Assembly: GCA_963745035.1 (NCBI GenBank)
Contig: CAVUVW010000002.1
Location: forward strand, 172,808-236,807
Direction: 5' to 3'
DNA length: 64,000 nt
From: an uncultured delta proteobacterium
GTDB taxonomy: Bacteria > Desulfobacterota > Binatia > UBA9968
The notes beneath the pieces were generated by a model. The model made no database searches, was not told the origin of the DNA, and saw nothing but the letters and a program-made list of their open reading frames with translations. Position numbers and translations under genes: made by a program. Below are positions 9,535 to 19,701 of the stretch, in pieces (position 1 is the stretch's first letter; every line of letters begins with the position of its first letter).

Positions 9535-10426
9535 ATGGCCGAGCTCATGAACACCCGGGAGGTCGCGCGCTACCTGGGCATCAACGAAAAGAAGGTCTAT
9601 TCCCTCGCCAAACTCGGCAAGATTCCTTGCACGAGGGTGACCGGCAAATGGACTTTCCCGAAGCAATTGATCGACCGGTGGATCGAGGAGAGCGCTTGCG
9701 CTCTGGTTGCGCCAAGGGCCAAAGCCATAGAGCGCGCGTTTCTTCTCGCCGCGGGGAGCGACGACCCAAGCCTCGTGATCCTGCACGATCTTTACGAAGC
9801 ACAAACACGATCCGCTTCCTTCTTTATGACCACCGTCGGCAGTAGCGGCGGTCTGGCAGCGATTCACAGCGGCGTAGCTGATTTTGCCACGGCGCACCTG
9901 CTGGAACCGCGGCGGGCCGGTGTTGGTGAGGTGGTATTGCCACCCGGCGCCGTCGTGGTCGAGGCTTTTTATCGCGAGATGGGCCTTGTCGTGGCGCGGG
10001 GGAATCCCAAAGGCATCCAAGCAATCCGCGATCTTGGGCGCGCTGAATTTACGCATCGTCAATCGCCAGCCCGGCTCGGGAACGCGGATCTATCTCGATC
10101 AGGAGCTGGCGCGCGCCAAGTTGCACGGCAAGAAGATTTCCGGTTACGAGAGTGAAGTCACAACGCATTTCGAAGTCGCGCGGCGGATCTTGCGGGGCGC
10201 TGCCGATGCCGGCTTGGCAACCCGCACAACCGCGGAGTCGCTTGGAGTCGATTTTATCCCTCTCACCCGAGAGCGTTTCGATGTCGTCATTGCCAAAGAG
10301 CGCTTCTTCTCGCCTGGGATCCAGGTTTTGCTTGGCGTCCTCGGCTCCCGTGAGTTCCGCCAACGAGTGGACGCATTAGGGGGATACGACACCACCGGGT
10401 CCGGCCGAATCGTCACCGCACACTAG
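9535..10426 (+). CDS. Excisionase-type HTH + molybdate/tungstate PBP-domain transcriptional regulator (TaoR-like), frameshift near 10040
   Basis: LMNTREVARYLGINEKKVY...IPCTRVTGKWTF (HTH_17), AGSDDP, GSSGGL; continues in the second frame with VNRQPGSGTR...ERFDVVI...LGGYD. Confidence 0.85.
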
Positions 10427-10450
10427 TTGACCCAAAAAAGGGAGAAGGCT

Positions 10451-11302
10451 ATGCGGCAACAAAGACTGCTCTTTCTCGCCATGTTTTTCATGGCCTTAGG
10501 AGCCGGCGCGCCAACACAGGCAGCCGAAGTCAAGGACAAGAACGTTATTCTTTCAACGACAACGAGTACCCAGGATTCCGGCCTGCTCGATGTTTTGGTG
10601 CCGTTGTTTGAAAAAGCGACGGGATACTCGGTCAAAACGATTTCGGTGGGCACGGGTCAAGCATTGGCGCTGGCGGCAAAGGGCGATGCCGACGTGGCGC
10701 TGGTTCACGCGCCGAGTCTGGAGAAGAAATACGTAGCGGATGGAAAGCTCCAGAACCGACGCCTGGTCATGTACAACGACTTCGTCCTCATCGGACCGAA
10801 GCAGGATCCTGCCAAGATCAAATCAGCGAAAGGTGCGCTTGCGGCAATGAAGCTCATCGCGCAGGCTAAATCTCCCTTCGTGTCCCGCGGCGACAATTCG
10901 GGCACCCACAGTCTCGAGAAGTCTCTCTGGAAGGACGCCGGCGTGGAACCAAAGGGTGACTGGTACATCGAGGCCGGCCAGGGAATGGGGGCGACCTTGG
11001 GCATCGCCAACGAACGCAACGCCTACACGATCACCGATCGTGGAACTTACCTGGCTCTCGCCAAGCGGGTCACACTGCCGATCTTGGTGGAAGGAGACCG
11101 AGCGCTGTTGAACGTCTATTCGGTCATGGAGGTGAATCCCGCGAACGGTCCAAGGGTCAATGCAACGGGTGGAAAAGCATTGGCCGACTTTATGGTGTCG
11201 CCGCAAGCGCAGAACGCGATCAAATCCTTTGGCGTGGAGAAATTCGGCCAACCCTTGTTTGTTCCGGTGGCGGGCAAACGCGAGGATGACTTGGGAGGTT
11301 GA
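10451..11302 (+). CDS. tupA: Tungstate ABC transporter substrate-binding protein
   Basis: Signal peptide; TTTSTQDSGLL signature, GTGQAL, VHAP, SRGDNSGTH, GQGMG. Confidence 0.92.
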   Translation: MRQQRLLFLAMFFMALGAGAPTQAAEVKDKNVILSTTTSTQDSGLLDVLVPLFEKATGYSVKTISVGTGQALALAAKGDADVALVHAPSLEKKYVADGKLQNRRLVMYNDFVLIGPKQDPAKIKSAKGALAAMKLIAQAKSPFVSRGDNSGTHSLEKSLWKDAGVEPKGDWYIEAGQGMGATLGIANERNAYTITDRGTYLALAKRVTLPILVEGDRALLNVYSVMEVNPANGPRVNATGGKALADFMVSPQAQNAIKSFGVEKFGQPLFVPVAGKREDDLGG

Positions 11303-11303
11303 C

Positions 11304-12017
11304 TTGGAATTAATCTGGCAGGGTTTTCTGAAAGCCATCGAGTTGATCGTTTCCGGCGATGCGGAAGTTTGGGCGATTACTTTGTTGTCGCTCAAGATTT
11401 CGGGCACGGCCACGCTTATTTCGTTGTTGCTGGGGATTCCTTTAGGAATCACGCTGGCGATGGTCGGATTTCCTGGTCGCACCGTCATCGCGGCCTTGGT
11501 CAATACAGGCATGGGCTTGCCACCCGTCGTGGTCGGGCTGTTCATCTCCATCTTTCTATGGCGTAGCGGACCATTGGGATTTTTAGAATTGATCTACACG
11601 CCAGAGGCGATGATTGTCGCTCAAGTCGTCATCGCTTTTCCCATCGTCGCAGGTCTGACCATGGCGACATTCCAGACTATCGATCCCAATCTTGCTCTGC
11701 AATTACTCGGTCTCGGTGCATCTCGGATGCAGATGTTGTGGCTCCTCTGCAAGGAAGCTCGCTTGCCGCTCCTTGCCGCCGTGATGGCCGGCTTCGGTGG
11801 AGTCATCTCCGAAGTGGGCGCTTCCATGATGGTTGGAGGCAACATCCGAGGGCAGACCCGCGTACTAACAACGGCGACGGTGCTGGAGACCGGCAAAGGA
11901 AACTTTGACGTTGCCATTGCTTTAGGGTTGATTCTTCTGAGTCTCTGCTTCGCGCTGAATTATTTTTTGACCCACATCCAGCAGCGGGGCCGCAGCAAAT
12001 GGCCCCTCCTCTTCTAA
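11304..12017 (+). CDS. tupB: Tungstate ABC transporter permease
   Basis: TTG start right after tupA; NTGMGLPPVVVGL, ISEVGASMMVGGNIRGQTRVLTTA. Confidence 0.92.
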   Translation: MELIWQGFLKAIELIVSGDAEVWAITLLSLKISGTATLISLLLGIPLGITLAMVGFPGRTVIAALVNTGMGLPPVVVGLFISIFLWRSGPLGFLELIYTPEAMIVAQVVIAFPIVAGLTMATFQTIDPNLALQLLGLGASRMQMLWLLCKEARLPLLAAVMAGFGGVISEVGASMMVGGNIRGQTRVLTTATVLETGKGNFDVAIALGLILLSLCFALNYFLTHIQQRGRSKWPLLF

Positions 12018-12112
12018 CCTTGCGGGATGTTCGGATTCGCTACGGACCGGCAACCGTCCTCGACGTCCCGGTTCTGGAGATTCACCGGCCCTGCGAGCCG
12101 GGAAGTTGCTGA
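11999..12112 (+). pseudogene. tupC: Truncated tungstate ABC transporter ATPase (N-terminal ~30 codons only)
   Basis: MAPPLLTLRDVRIRYGPATVLDVPVLEIH overlaps the tupB end, then stops before any Walker A motif; I found no continuation in other frames. Confidence 0.7.
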
Positions 12113-12673
12113 TCTGGTCGCTGTATGATCGTTAAACGAAATTTTTCCTGAGCTCACAATACAGAAGAGAGAAGTCGTTCCGGTTTTGTTCCAAAACTGG
12201 ATGCCAATGCTTGTCACTCCGTGGAATTTAGACGAGACAAAGTGACTGATTCGCAGGGCGTTGTTTCCCCGTATCACTTGGTGATCTTACGTTTGTTGCC
12301 TCTACCGCGCAAAATAAATGATGGAATCAAAAACCGGAGCCGACAGGCTCCCTTATTGATGTCATGTCAAATTTACTTTGCCCCAGAGTGGGCAAAGCCG
12401 TTGGTATCGTTGCAGCCATGGCGTTGGAAATTACCGCGTGATCGCGTTCCAGGGGATAGCGCCTCAAGGAGATCAGCTCCATCAGAACCTTGCTGCCGCC
12501 CAAAAGGATTCAATCCCAAAGGACACGATGCTTGTGACGAAAAGAAATGCGGAACTAGCGAGGTCTCCGGCTGAGTGGCACGACGTGAGCCGAAACGGGT
12601 AGATCTTTGCGGTTCAAGCCTAAACAGAAGCTTAACAGTAAGCGAATTTTGACGAGATCCGCAATGATCCGGT

Positions 12674-12880
12674 CTATCTCCGCCCAGAATCTTGCGGCGA
12701 CTTAACCGAGGACTTAGGACGGTTTACTTTGCTTTCGCCGAAAGTAACCATGTGTCCAATTCTCCCGCTGCCGTTACACTGTTTGCACTTGACCTTGAGA
12801 AACTTCATGCGCCGGATTGAGCCGTTGCCGTAGCAGTGGCTACAGATAGAGGACCACGAGATCGGGAAATCACCGCTCAT
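12674..12880 (-). CDS. Small DnaJ-type zinc-finger protein (68 aa)
   Basis: Two CxxCxGxG motifs: CSHCYGNG and CKQCNGSG. Confidence 0.6.
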   Translation of the reverse strand: MSGDFPISWSSICSHCYGNGSIRRMKFLKVKCKQCNGSGRIGHMVTFGESKVNRPKSSVKSPQDSGRR

Positions 12881-13049
12881 TGTAATATTTTTTACGCAAG
12901 TGGGCTTACAAGCAACCGATCAGCGACACGAACAGCCGAAGTCAGCAATCACCTGGACCTTTGAACGGCCTAGCAAGCAAAGGCGTTTATACAAGCTAAA
13001 CTTGTCTCCACGTGAGTCTGCCCGATGCGTCAACGCCAGGAGAAAACGT

Positions 13050-13331
13050 TTACGAGATCCGTATCTCTCCAAGTTCTCGAAGGGTCATGTCCTTCTTGCG
13101 AACAATGTCCAAGATAATCTTTTGTTGTGCCGATTGAGGCACGGGCAACATGACTGTGTACTCGCAGTACTTGCTGCGACGAAGCCGGAGTCGAAGCTCG
13201 CCGGGACAGTAATTGACTACTTTCACGATAACGTCGCTGAGATCAGCCTTGGGGGGAATTTGGACGTCCTCTGCGGCTTCGCCGATCGTGACGCTTGCTG
13301 GCCAGTGCGCCCAATATTCGTGCAAAACCAT
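13050..13331 (-). CDS. Hypothetical protein
   Basis: MVLHEYWAHWPASV...MTLRELGEIRIS with GGAG upstream; globular composition. Confidence 0.55.
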   Translation of the reverse strand: MVLHEYWAHWPASVTIGEAAEDVQIPPKADLSDVIVKVVNYCPGELRLRLRRSKYCEYTVMLPVPQSAQQKIILDIVRKKDMTLRELGEIRIS

Positions 13332-13781
13332 CCTAGTTTCTCCCGTGCTCAAATACCGCCAAACCAGGAAATACGAAGCCAAAATGGCTACGAAATGCTT
13401 ATCCACTCAAACGACTTGAATCAAGAGAGTTGGACAAAAAACCTCACGATTATCCAAAATTTAATGAACTTGGGCATGTTTTGCCCTGTGTCCCGATCGA
13501 AATCAAAAGATGCATAGCAATGAGTGCGTTTGCGGCGATGAGAAGCGTCCGAAACGATAAAGCATCACCACACTCGCACCATCTGCGTGCGACACCCCAT
13601 GTCCCGTCTGCACTGCCTCCGCCTCCAGCTCTCTTCCACAGAGCGGACGAACTACCGCGCCGCTGAAGGGGATGCACTGACGCGAAATCAGACATGGCAA
13701 ATCGGGCTGGCCTTGTCTTGTGCAGCTCCTTTTGATAGTCGACATTCCGTGGCCCGGCAGGCGCGGCCAGAATAAGTTGAT

Positions 13782-14261
13782 ATGATCCACGTTCCGAATT
13801 ATGCCAATGCCCTGCGGTGCATCGCGCAGGTTTTGCAAAGCTACAGCGTAGACATCTTCCAGCTGAGCACTGACGGTGACGGTTTTCTGGTGGAATATCT
13901 CGACCCTAACCCGCCGTACCGAGAGATTCTCAAACTAGAATTTTCGGCGTCTAGAATTGAGGTTCTGGATCGTGACGGTGAGACGAAGCGGCGCCACACT
14001 AAATCTGACTTTCGATTCGACAGCTTCCCTGAAACTCTTAGAGCAGCGGGCCGATACGTGGACAGTAAACGCGCACAACTTCGGGGGCTCAAAAACAGCT
14101 CGGCTGAATGCGGCGAGTTAGAAATCGAATATCAAACCAGGGCAGGAGAATTGCGATCAGAGATATTAGACACGAGTTCTCTTCGTGAAATCGGCGTCTC
14201 CATGTACAAGCGGCGCAGCCGCATCTTAAACCCAGTTACCTTGCTCACACCCCGGGCTTAG
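13782..14261 (+). CDS. Hypothetical protein with an internal two-fold repeat
   Basis: YANALRCIAQVL...KRR and FPETLRAAGRYV...YKRR halves. Confidence 0.7.
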   Translation: MIHVPNYANALRCIAQVLQSYSVDIFQLSTDGDGFLVEYLDPNPPYREILKLEFSASRIEVLDRDGETKRRHTKSDFRFDSFPETLRAAGRYVDSKRAQLRGLKNSSAECGELEIEYQTRAGELRSEILDTSSLREIGVSMYKRRSRILNPVTLLTPRA

Positions 14262-14366
14262 CTGATGTGGCTTCGGTTTTTGGTCTCGCAACTCAGTGGA
14301 GCGCTAACTCCCGAATCCTAATGGTGACTAGTAATAGATCTCCATTGGGGAGTCTGAACCGAAAAG

Positions 14367-14404
14367 TGAAAAGAGGGATGAGCCCACACCAATGAGCTCA
14401 TCCC
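14367..14404 (-). terminator. Rho-independent terminator
   Basis: GGGATGAGC/GCTCATCCC stem followed by a U-rich tract on the minus strand, just after the 14419-14985 stop. Confidence 0.6.
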
Positions 14405-14418
14405 CGATTTAACACGGC

Positions 14419-14985
14419 CTACACTACCGGCCGAACTCTAGGTTTATCGCTCTCGGCGAAATCAGCACCCGTCTCTCCTGTAGAGGAGACATCGTGAGCG
14501 CCGGTCCTCTCCAAAACGTCTTTCGCTTTTGACGTCCACTCGGAGTTATCGCAGTGGACCGAAATCAGAATGCCGCCTTCTTTGATCATTCCCTCATACC
14601 GTTGCGCTTTGTATTCGGGGATACCTGCTCCAGCCAACGCGCCCACCATGCCACCCGCCGTACCGCCTACACCCATACCGGCGAGCATTGCGACAATCGG
14701 CCCAGCGGCCAGGAAAGGACCGACGCCGGGAATGACGATCGACCCCACGCCTGCGAGCCAACCAAGGACACCTCCGGCCAGGGCTCCTGTGCTGGCGCCA
14801 GCCACAGCTCCTTCTGGCGCTTTGGTTCCCTTTTCATGAGCGAAATCTTTCGTACCCTCGTTTGCTGGAAACAATACAGACATGTCCGTTGTGCGGAATC
14901 CCTCCCGTTCCAACGCTTCTACTCCATTCCGTAGGCTCGCCTCATTCCGGTAAATTCCAAATGCCGAAGTATTTTTTCCTGCCAT
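14419..14985 (-). CDS. General stress / glycine-zipper membrane protein (YflT-like)
   Basis: KAPEGAVAGASTGALAGGVLGWLAG...IPGVGPFLAAGP...GIPEYKAQRYEG; AAGGAG RBS. Confidence 0.85.
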   Translation of the reverse strand: MAGKNTSAFGIYRNEASLRNGVEALEREGFRTTDMSVLFPANEGTKDFAHEKGTKAPEGAVAGASTGALAGGVLGWLAGVGSIVIPGVGPFLAAGPIVAMLAGMGVGGTAGGMVGALAGAGIPEYKAQRYEGMIKEGGILISVHCDNSEWTSKAKDVLERTGAHDVSSTGETGADFAESDKPRVRPVV

Positions 14986-15103
14986 GTTCGATCTCCTTCC
15001 TGTTTTCCAAATGATCTATGTCCCGCAGCCGGAACAATTACCTCGTGCGTTTTTGCAGCATGAGGATGTTTTCCGCGCTTATTTGAGACTGAGAGCACAA
15101 GTG

Positions 15104-15119
15104 AGCAAGGGATATGCCG
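15104..15119 (-). promoter_or_regulatory. sigma54 (-24/-12) promoter
   Basis: Minus strand CGGCATATCCCTTGCT, GG-N10-GC, about 120 bp upstream of the stress-protein gene. Confidence 0.6.
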
Positions 15120-15214
15120 CGTTAAACAGATGCGCAGTCGTTTTATGTCGACTTCTGGGATTTAATTGGCAGAGACAAATGTTCCTACAGCTAGAGGTCA
15201 AAGTGAAATTCGCG

Positions 15215-15230
15215 TGGCATATCCGTTGCG
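15215..15230 (+). promoter_or_regulatory. sigma54 (-24/-12) promoter
   Basis: TGGCATATCCGTTGCG, GG-N10-GC. Confidence 0.6.
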
Positions 15231-15322
15231 AATTGATCGAGACAATCTAACTTGGAAGTGGTTCGCAGAAGGAGTACGGGTAGGCAGAATACCAGGATAC
15301 GCATTCTCAAGTTCCTCGATAG

Positions 15323-15505
15323 ATGTGTCCCGACTGTGAACCTACGGTCCGAGAGAGCGCGCAGCCGGCGCAGCAAAACGTACAAACGGTCTCGCGGCTT
15401 GAGTACGATGCGCTGCGAGCGCGCTCCCTCGCTGAGCGCCTCAGCGACGTGCTCACAAAGGCGATCGGCAGCTTAGCGTCGATTACATTTCACGTCGTTT
15501 GGTTC
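15323..15505 (+). pseudogene. DUF1003-like membrane protein N-terminal remnant
   Basis: QQNVQTVSRLEYDALRARSLAERLSDVLTKAIGSLASITFHVVWF resembles the DUF1003 start; similarity ends abruptly. Confidence 0.55.
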
Positions 15506-15694
15506 ACCTCTACCGACATTGCGGCAAAGAGCCGTTCTCCCGACGTGGCAGGATTTTCAAGGAACGGGTGCCTGTCACTGGCGCCGGGCGATACGGGAAT
15601 CTACAATCCTCGTGTCGGGTGGGTTCTTTCGGGCCACTTGGGATCGAGGCAATCCGCGTCTAGGACTTTCCAGCCAGACGCTTCAGCATTACTC

Positions 15695-17343
15695 ATGAAC
15701 ACGAGCCGAAACTCCGCTGAACGCGACGTTGACGAAACCCTCCTGACCACCAAGCCTTATTTTTGGTGGCAGCGCGGGATCATCTACCAGATCTATCCGC
15801 GCTCTTTCAAAGACAGTAACGGTGACGGGATCGGCGACCTTCGCGGTATCGTCGCCGGCCTCGACTATCTGCGCTGGCTCGGTATCGATGCCATCTGGAT
15901 TTCCCCAATCTATCCTTCGCCGATGAAGGATTTCGGTTATGACGTCGCCGATTACCAGTCAGTGGACCCACTGTTCGGTACGCTAGATGATTTTGACGAG
16001 CTTCTGCGCGAGGCGCATAGCCGAGATATCAAAGTCATCCTCGACTTTGTACCCAACCACACGTCGGACCAGCATCCCTGGTTTCTCGAGTCGCGGGGGT
16101 CCCGCGAAAATCCAAAGCGCGACTGGTACATCTGGCGCGATCCCGCACCGGGCGGCGGGCCGCCGAACAATTGGCTTTCCTGCTTCGGCGGCAGTGCATG
16201 GGAGTATGACGAGAGAACCGGTCAATACTACTATCATGCATTCTTGAAAGAGCAGCCGGACCTCAACTGGCGAAATCCTCAGGTGGTCGAAGCCATGCTC
16301 GATGTGCTGCGCTTCTGGCTCGATCGCGGCGTGGACGGATTCCGTGTCGATGTGATTTGGCACTTAATCAAGGACGAGAGTTTCTCCGACAACCCGCCAA
16401 ACCCGGAGTGGCATGAGGGCATAGACCCGTACCAAGCAATCGTCCCGCTGCATACCACCGACCGGCCTGAGGTTCATCAGATCATCGCATTGATGCGCCG
16501 GGTCGTTGACAGCTACCCTGAGCGCGTGCTGATCGGCGAAATTTATCTTTCCATCGAACGGTTGGTGCAATACTACGGTGTAAACCTCTCAGGCGTTCAC
16601 CTGCCGTTCAACTTTCAATTGCTGCTGGCCCAATGGGATGCGCGGCACATCGCGCGGTTGATCGTGGAATACGAGAAGGCGCTTCCCGAAGGCGGGTGGC
16701 CCAACTGGGTGCTCGGCAATCACGACCGCAGCCGCATCGCTTCGCGAGTGGGAAGGGCGCAGGCGCGCGTCGCTGCTATGCTCCTGCTCACCTTGCGTGG
16801 TACGCCGACGCTTTATTATGGCGATGAGATCGGCATGCAGGATGTTCCCGTTCCCACTGAGCGCGCCTGTGACCCGGTCGAACTAAGAATTCCGGGTTTG
16901 GGACTCGGTCGGGACCCCGAGCGCACGCCCATGCAATGGAGTGCGGACAAGAATGCGGGGTTCAGCACTGGCGAGCCATGGCTTCCAATCGCCCGCGATT
17001 ATGCCGAGGTCAATGTCGAGTCCGAGCGCCAAGAGCCGTCTTCGCTGCTCACGTTGTACCGCAGTTTGATCGCTCTCCGCCGGGGTGAACCCGCTTTAGA
17101 ACTGGGCCGCTTCGAACCGATTGAGGCATCAGGGGATGTCCTGGCCTATTTGCGGCGCTCACCCAGGACGGCAGCACGTTCCTTATCGCCCTTAATCTCG
17201 GACCCAATCCGCAGGTTCTCGGAGATGCGCCGCGGTGCACCATCGAAGTTTCCACACATCTCGACCGTATACGCGAGTCTGTTTCCGGCGACCTGCAACT
17301 GCGGCCCGACGAAGGCGTGGTGGCGCGGCTACGCGCTGATTAA
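15695..17343 (+). CDS. GH13 alpha-glucosidase / oligo-1,6-glucosidase family (frameshift near 17160)
   Basis: WWQRGIIYQIYPRSF, DFVPNHTS, QPDLN, GFRVDV, IGE, LGNHD; the true C-terminus FLIALNLG...LRPDEGVVARLRAD lies in the shifted frame ending TAA at 17343. Confidence 0.92.
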
Positions 17344-17773
17344 TGGTGGAGATTGCGATGGCTCCAATTCCTGCATCTCCAGATCGAGCGACGAACGCGG
17401 CAACGCCAAGCGCCAGCCAAACCATTCCGTTGTTTTTCATGAGCGGAGGACGGCTGGTGTCCATATGCTGTCCGATGCGCCGCTTGGTGTCTGTTTCGAA
17501 CTTCAGTTTACAAATCCCTTTTAGAGCCGGATGATGAGTTAAAACCATCGCGGCTTTAATTCGCAATCGTATTCTTCTATCGCTTCAATTCAGGTTTCAC
17601 GCCTCCATGTCGGATCGCGGGCGCTTGCGTCACGATCTCTTAAAACGTGTAAGTTGCCGGGTGTGCTCGTTTCGGGACAGTGTCCTCGCGGTGTGACAGT
17701 TCATTGAGCCGCGTTCGTAGCGCAACGCGCCTATTGCCGGGGTGATGTCTACCCCGCCGGACGTCGAGGTTCT

Positions 17774-17789
17774 TGGCATTGAGCTTGCG
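17774..17789 (+). promoter_or_regulatory. sigma54 (-24/-12) promoter
   Basis: TGGCATTGAGCTTGCG, GG-N10-GC, about 135 bp upstream of the pyruvate oxidase operon. Confidence 0.6.
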
Positions 17790-17925
17790 GCCCAATCCTC
17801 GCGAGATCGATCGGACCTGGAGTACGCGCCAAGTCATCTGCGCGGAAATTGGGCGCCCGAGAAGCGAGTCGTGCGATGCAGCCCGCCAGTTCGCGACATA
17901 GGCAGCGTGCAACTGAGGTGATGCC

Positions 17926-19674
17926 ATGGCCAATACAGCGGCAGATGTTCTTTTAGATACAATCCACGATTGGGGAGTAGATGTCGTCTTCGGTCTCCCC
18001 GGAGACGGCATCAATGGCATCATGGAAGCGCTGCGCCAGCGCCAGGAGAAAATCCGCTTCATACAGGTACGGCATGAGGAAGCGGCGGCGTTCATGGCTT
18101 GTGCCTATGCGAAGTATACCGGCAAGCTGGGCGTCTGCGTTGCCACGTCCGGACCCGGCGGCATCCACCTGCTCAACGGCCTTTACGACGCGAAGCTCGA
18201 CGGCCAGCCCGTGCTCGCGATCACCGGTCATCACTACCATGATCTCATCGATACCTACGCCCAGCAGGACGTCAATCTCGATCGCCTGTTCATGGACGTG
18301 GCGGTGTACAACACCCGCGTCATGGGTCCGGCGCATGTGGAACAGGTGGCCAACATCGCGTGCCGCACGGCCCTAGCTTACCGCGGCGTTGCGCACATCA
18401 ATTTTCCAGTCGATCTGCAGGAGCAGGAAGGCGGCGAGCGCTCTAAGCGCAATATCGCGGGCCACACTTCGGATGTTTTCGCCGCGCCGCCGGCGACACC
18501 GAGCGATCACCAAATCAAGCGCGCCGCGGAGGTGCTGAATGCAGGAAAGAAGATCGCAATTCTGGCAGGCCAGGGAGCACTCAAAGCCGGCGATGAGCTC
18601 GAGCGAGTAGCTGAAACGTTGCAGGCGCCGATCATCAAAGCGCTGTTGGGCAAGGCGGTGGTGCCGGACGATAGTGTCTATACCACAGGCGGCATCGGAC
18701 TCTTGGGCACCGCGCCGTCCCAAACTGCCATGGAGAACTGCGACACTCTGCTGATGGTAGGCACTTCATTTCCTTACATTGAATTTCTGCCCAAACCAGG
18801 ACAGGCGCGCGGTGTGCAGATCGACCTCGACCCGGCGCGCGTCGGCCTGCGCTATCCGGTCGAGGTAGGCGTCGTGGGCGATAGCCGCGCCGCCCTGCAA
18901 AAGCTGATGCCTCTGCTCCGGCGCAACGAAGACTCGGACTTTCTCGAATCGGCGCAGAAGGGAATGAAAAAGTGGTGGGAGCTGATGGAGGAGCGCGGTA
19001 CGCGCAAGGATCATCCCATGTATCCGCAGGTGGTTGCCTGGGAGCTTGACAAGCGCCTTTCCGACACGGCGATCGTCTCTGCCGACTCGGGCACCATCGC
19101 AACCTGGTTTGCGCGCCAGATCCGCGCGCGGCGCGGTCAGATGTTTTCGCTCTCGGGAACGCTCGCCACCATGGCCAACGGCCTGCCGTACGCGATCGCC
19201 GCCCAGGTGGCCTATCCGGACAGGCAATGCATTGCTTTCGTCGGCGACGGCGGTTTCTCGATGTTGATGGCGGAGTTCGCCACGGCGGTCAAGTATCGGC
19301 TGCCGATCAAAGTGATCGTTATTAAGAACAACACACTGGGCATGATCAAGTGGGAGCAGATGGTCTTTCTCGGCAATCCGGAATACGGCTGCGAGTTGCA
19401 CCCAATCGATTTTGCCGCGTTCGCGCAAGCCTGCGGCGGATCCGGCTTTACCATCAAGGAACCGGAGCAGTGCGGTGCAGTTCTCGACCAGGCGTTGGCG
19501 GCTCCCGGGCCAGTGGTGGTGGAAGCGGTTGTCGATCCTCTGGTGCCGCCGTTGCCGGCGAAGATCACCGCTAGTCAGGCGACTCAGTTCGCAAAATCTC
19601 TTGCCCGGGGCGAGCCCAACCGGAGCAAGATTGCCTGGAGCGTTTTGTCAGACAAAATTAGGGAGATGATCTGA
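17926..19674 (+). CDS. ThDP-dependent pyruvate oxidase/dehydrogenase (PoxB family)
   Basis: FGLPGDG, RHEEAAAFMA, SGPGGIHLLNGLYDAK, GDGGFSM...NN ThDP motif. Confidence 0.92.
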   Translation: MANTAADVLLDTIHDWGVDVVFGLPGDGINGIMEALRQRQEKIRFIQVRHEEAAAFMACAYAKYTGKLGVCVATSGPGGIHLLNGLYDAKLDGQPVLAITGHHYHDLIDTYAQQDVNLDRLFMDVAVYNTRVMGPAHVEQVANIACRTALAYRGVAHINFPVDLQEQEGGERSKRNIAGHTSDVFAAPPATPSDHQIKRAAEVLNAGKKIAILAGQGALKAGDELERVAETLQAPIIKALLGKAVVPDDSVYTTGGIGLLGTAPSQTAMENCDTLLMVGTSFPYIEFLPKPGQARGVQIDLDPARVGLRYPVEVGVVGDSRAALQKLMPLLRRNEDSDFLESAQKGMKKWWELMEERGTRKDHPMYPQVVAWELDKRLSDTAIVSADSGTIATWFARQIRARRGQMFSLSGTLATMANGLPYAIAAQVAYPDRQCIAFVGDGGFSMLMAEFATAVKYRLPIKVIVIKNNTLGMIKWEQMVFLGNPEYGCELHPIDFAAFAQACGGSGFTIKEPEQCGAVLDQALAAPGPVVVEAVVDPLVPPLPAKITASQATQFAKSLARGEPNRSKIAWSVLSDKIREMI

Positions 19675-19701
19675 TGGCAGTGCCGGGAAAAGAAAAAGCC
19701 G

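Noticed and set aside
10030-10060. Programmed ribosomal frameshifting in the regulator and other split genes
   Set aside because: No slippery heptamer or shared context; these families are not known to be recoded, and sequencing error is simpler
15323-17524. 733-aa GH13 protein with novel N- and C-terminal domains
   Set aside because: The N-extension is a DUF1003 remnant that happens to be in frame, and the C-tail results from a frameshift near 17160
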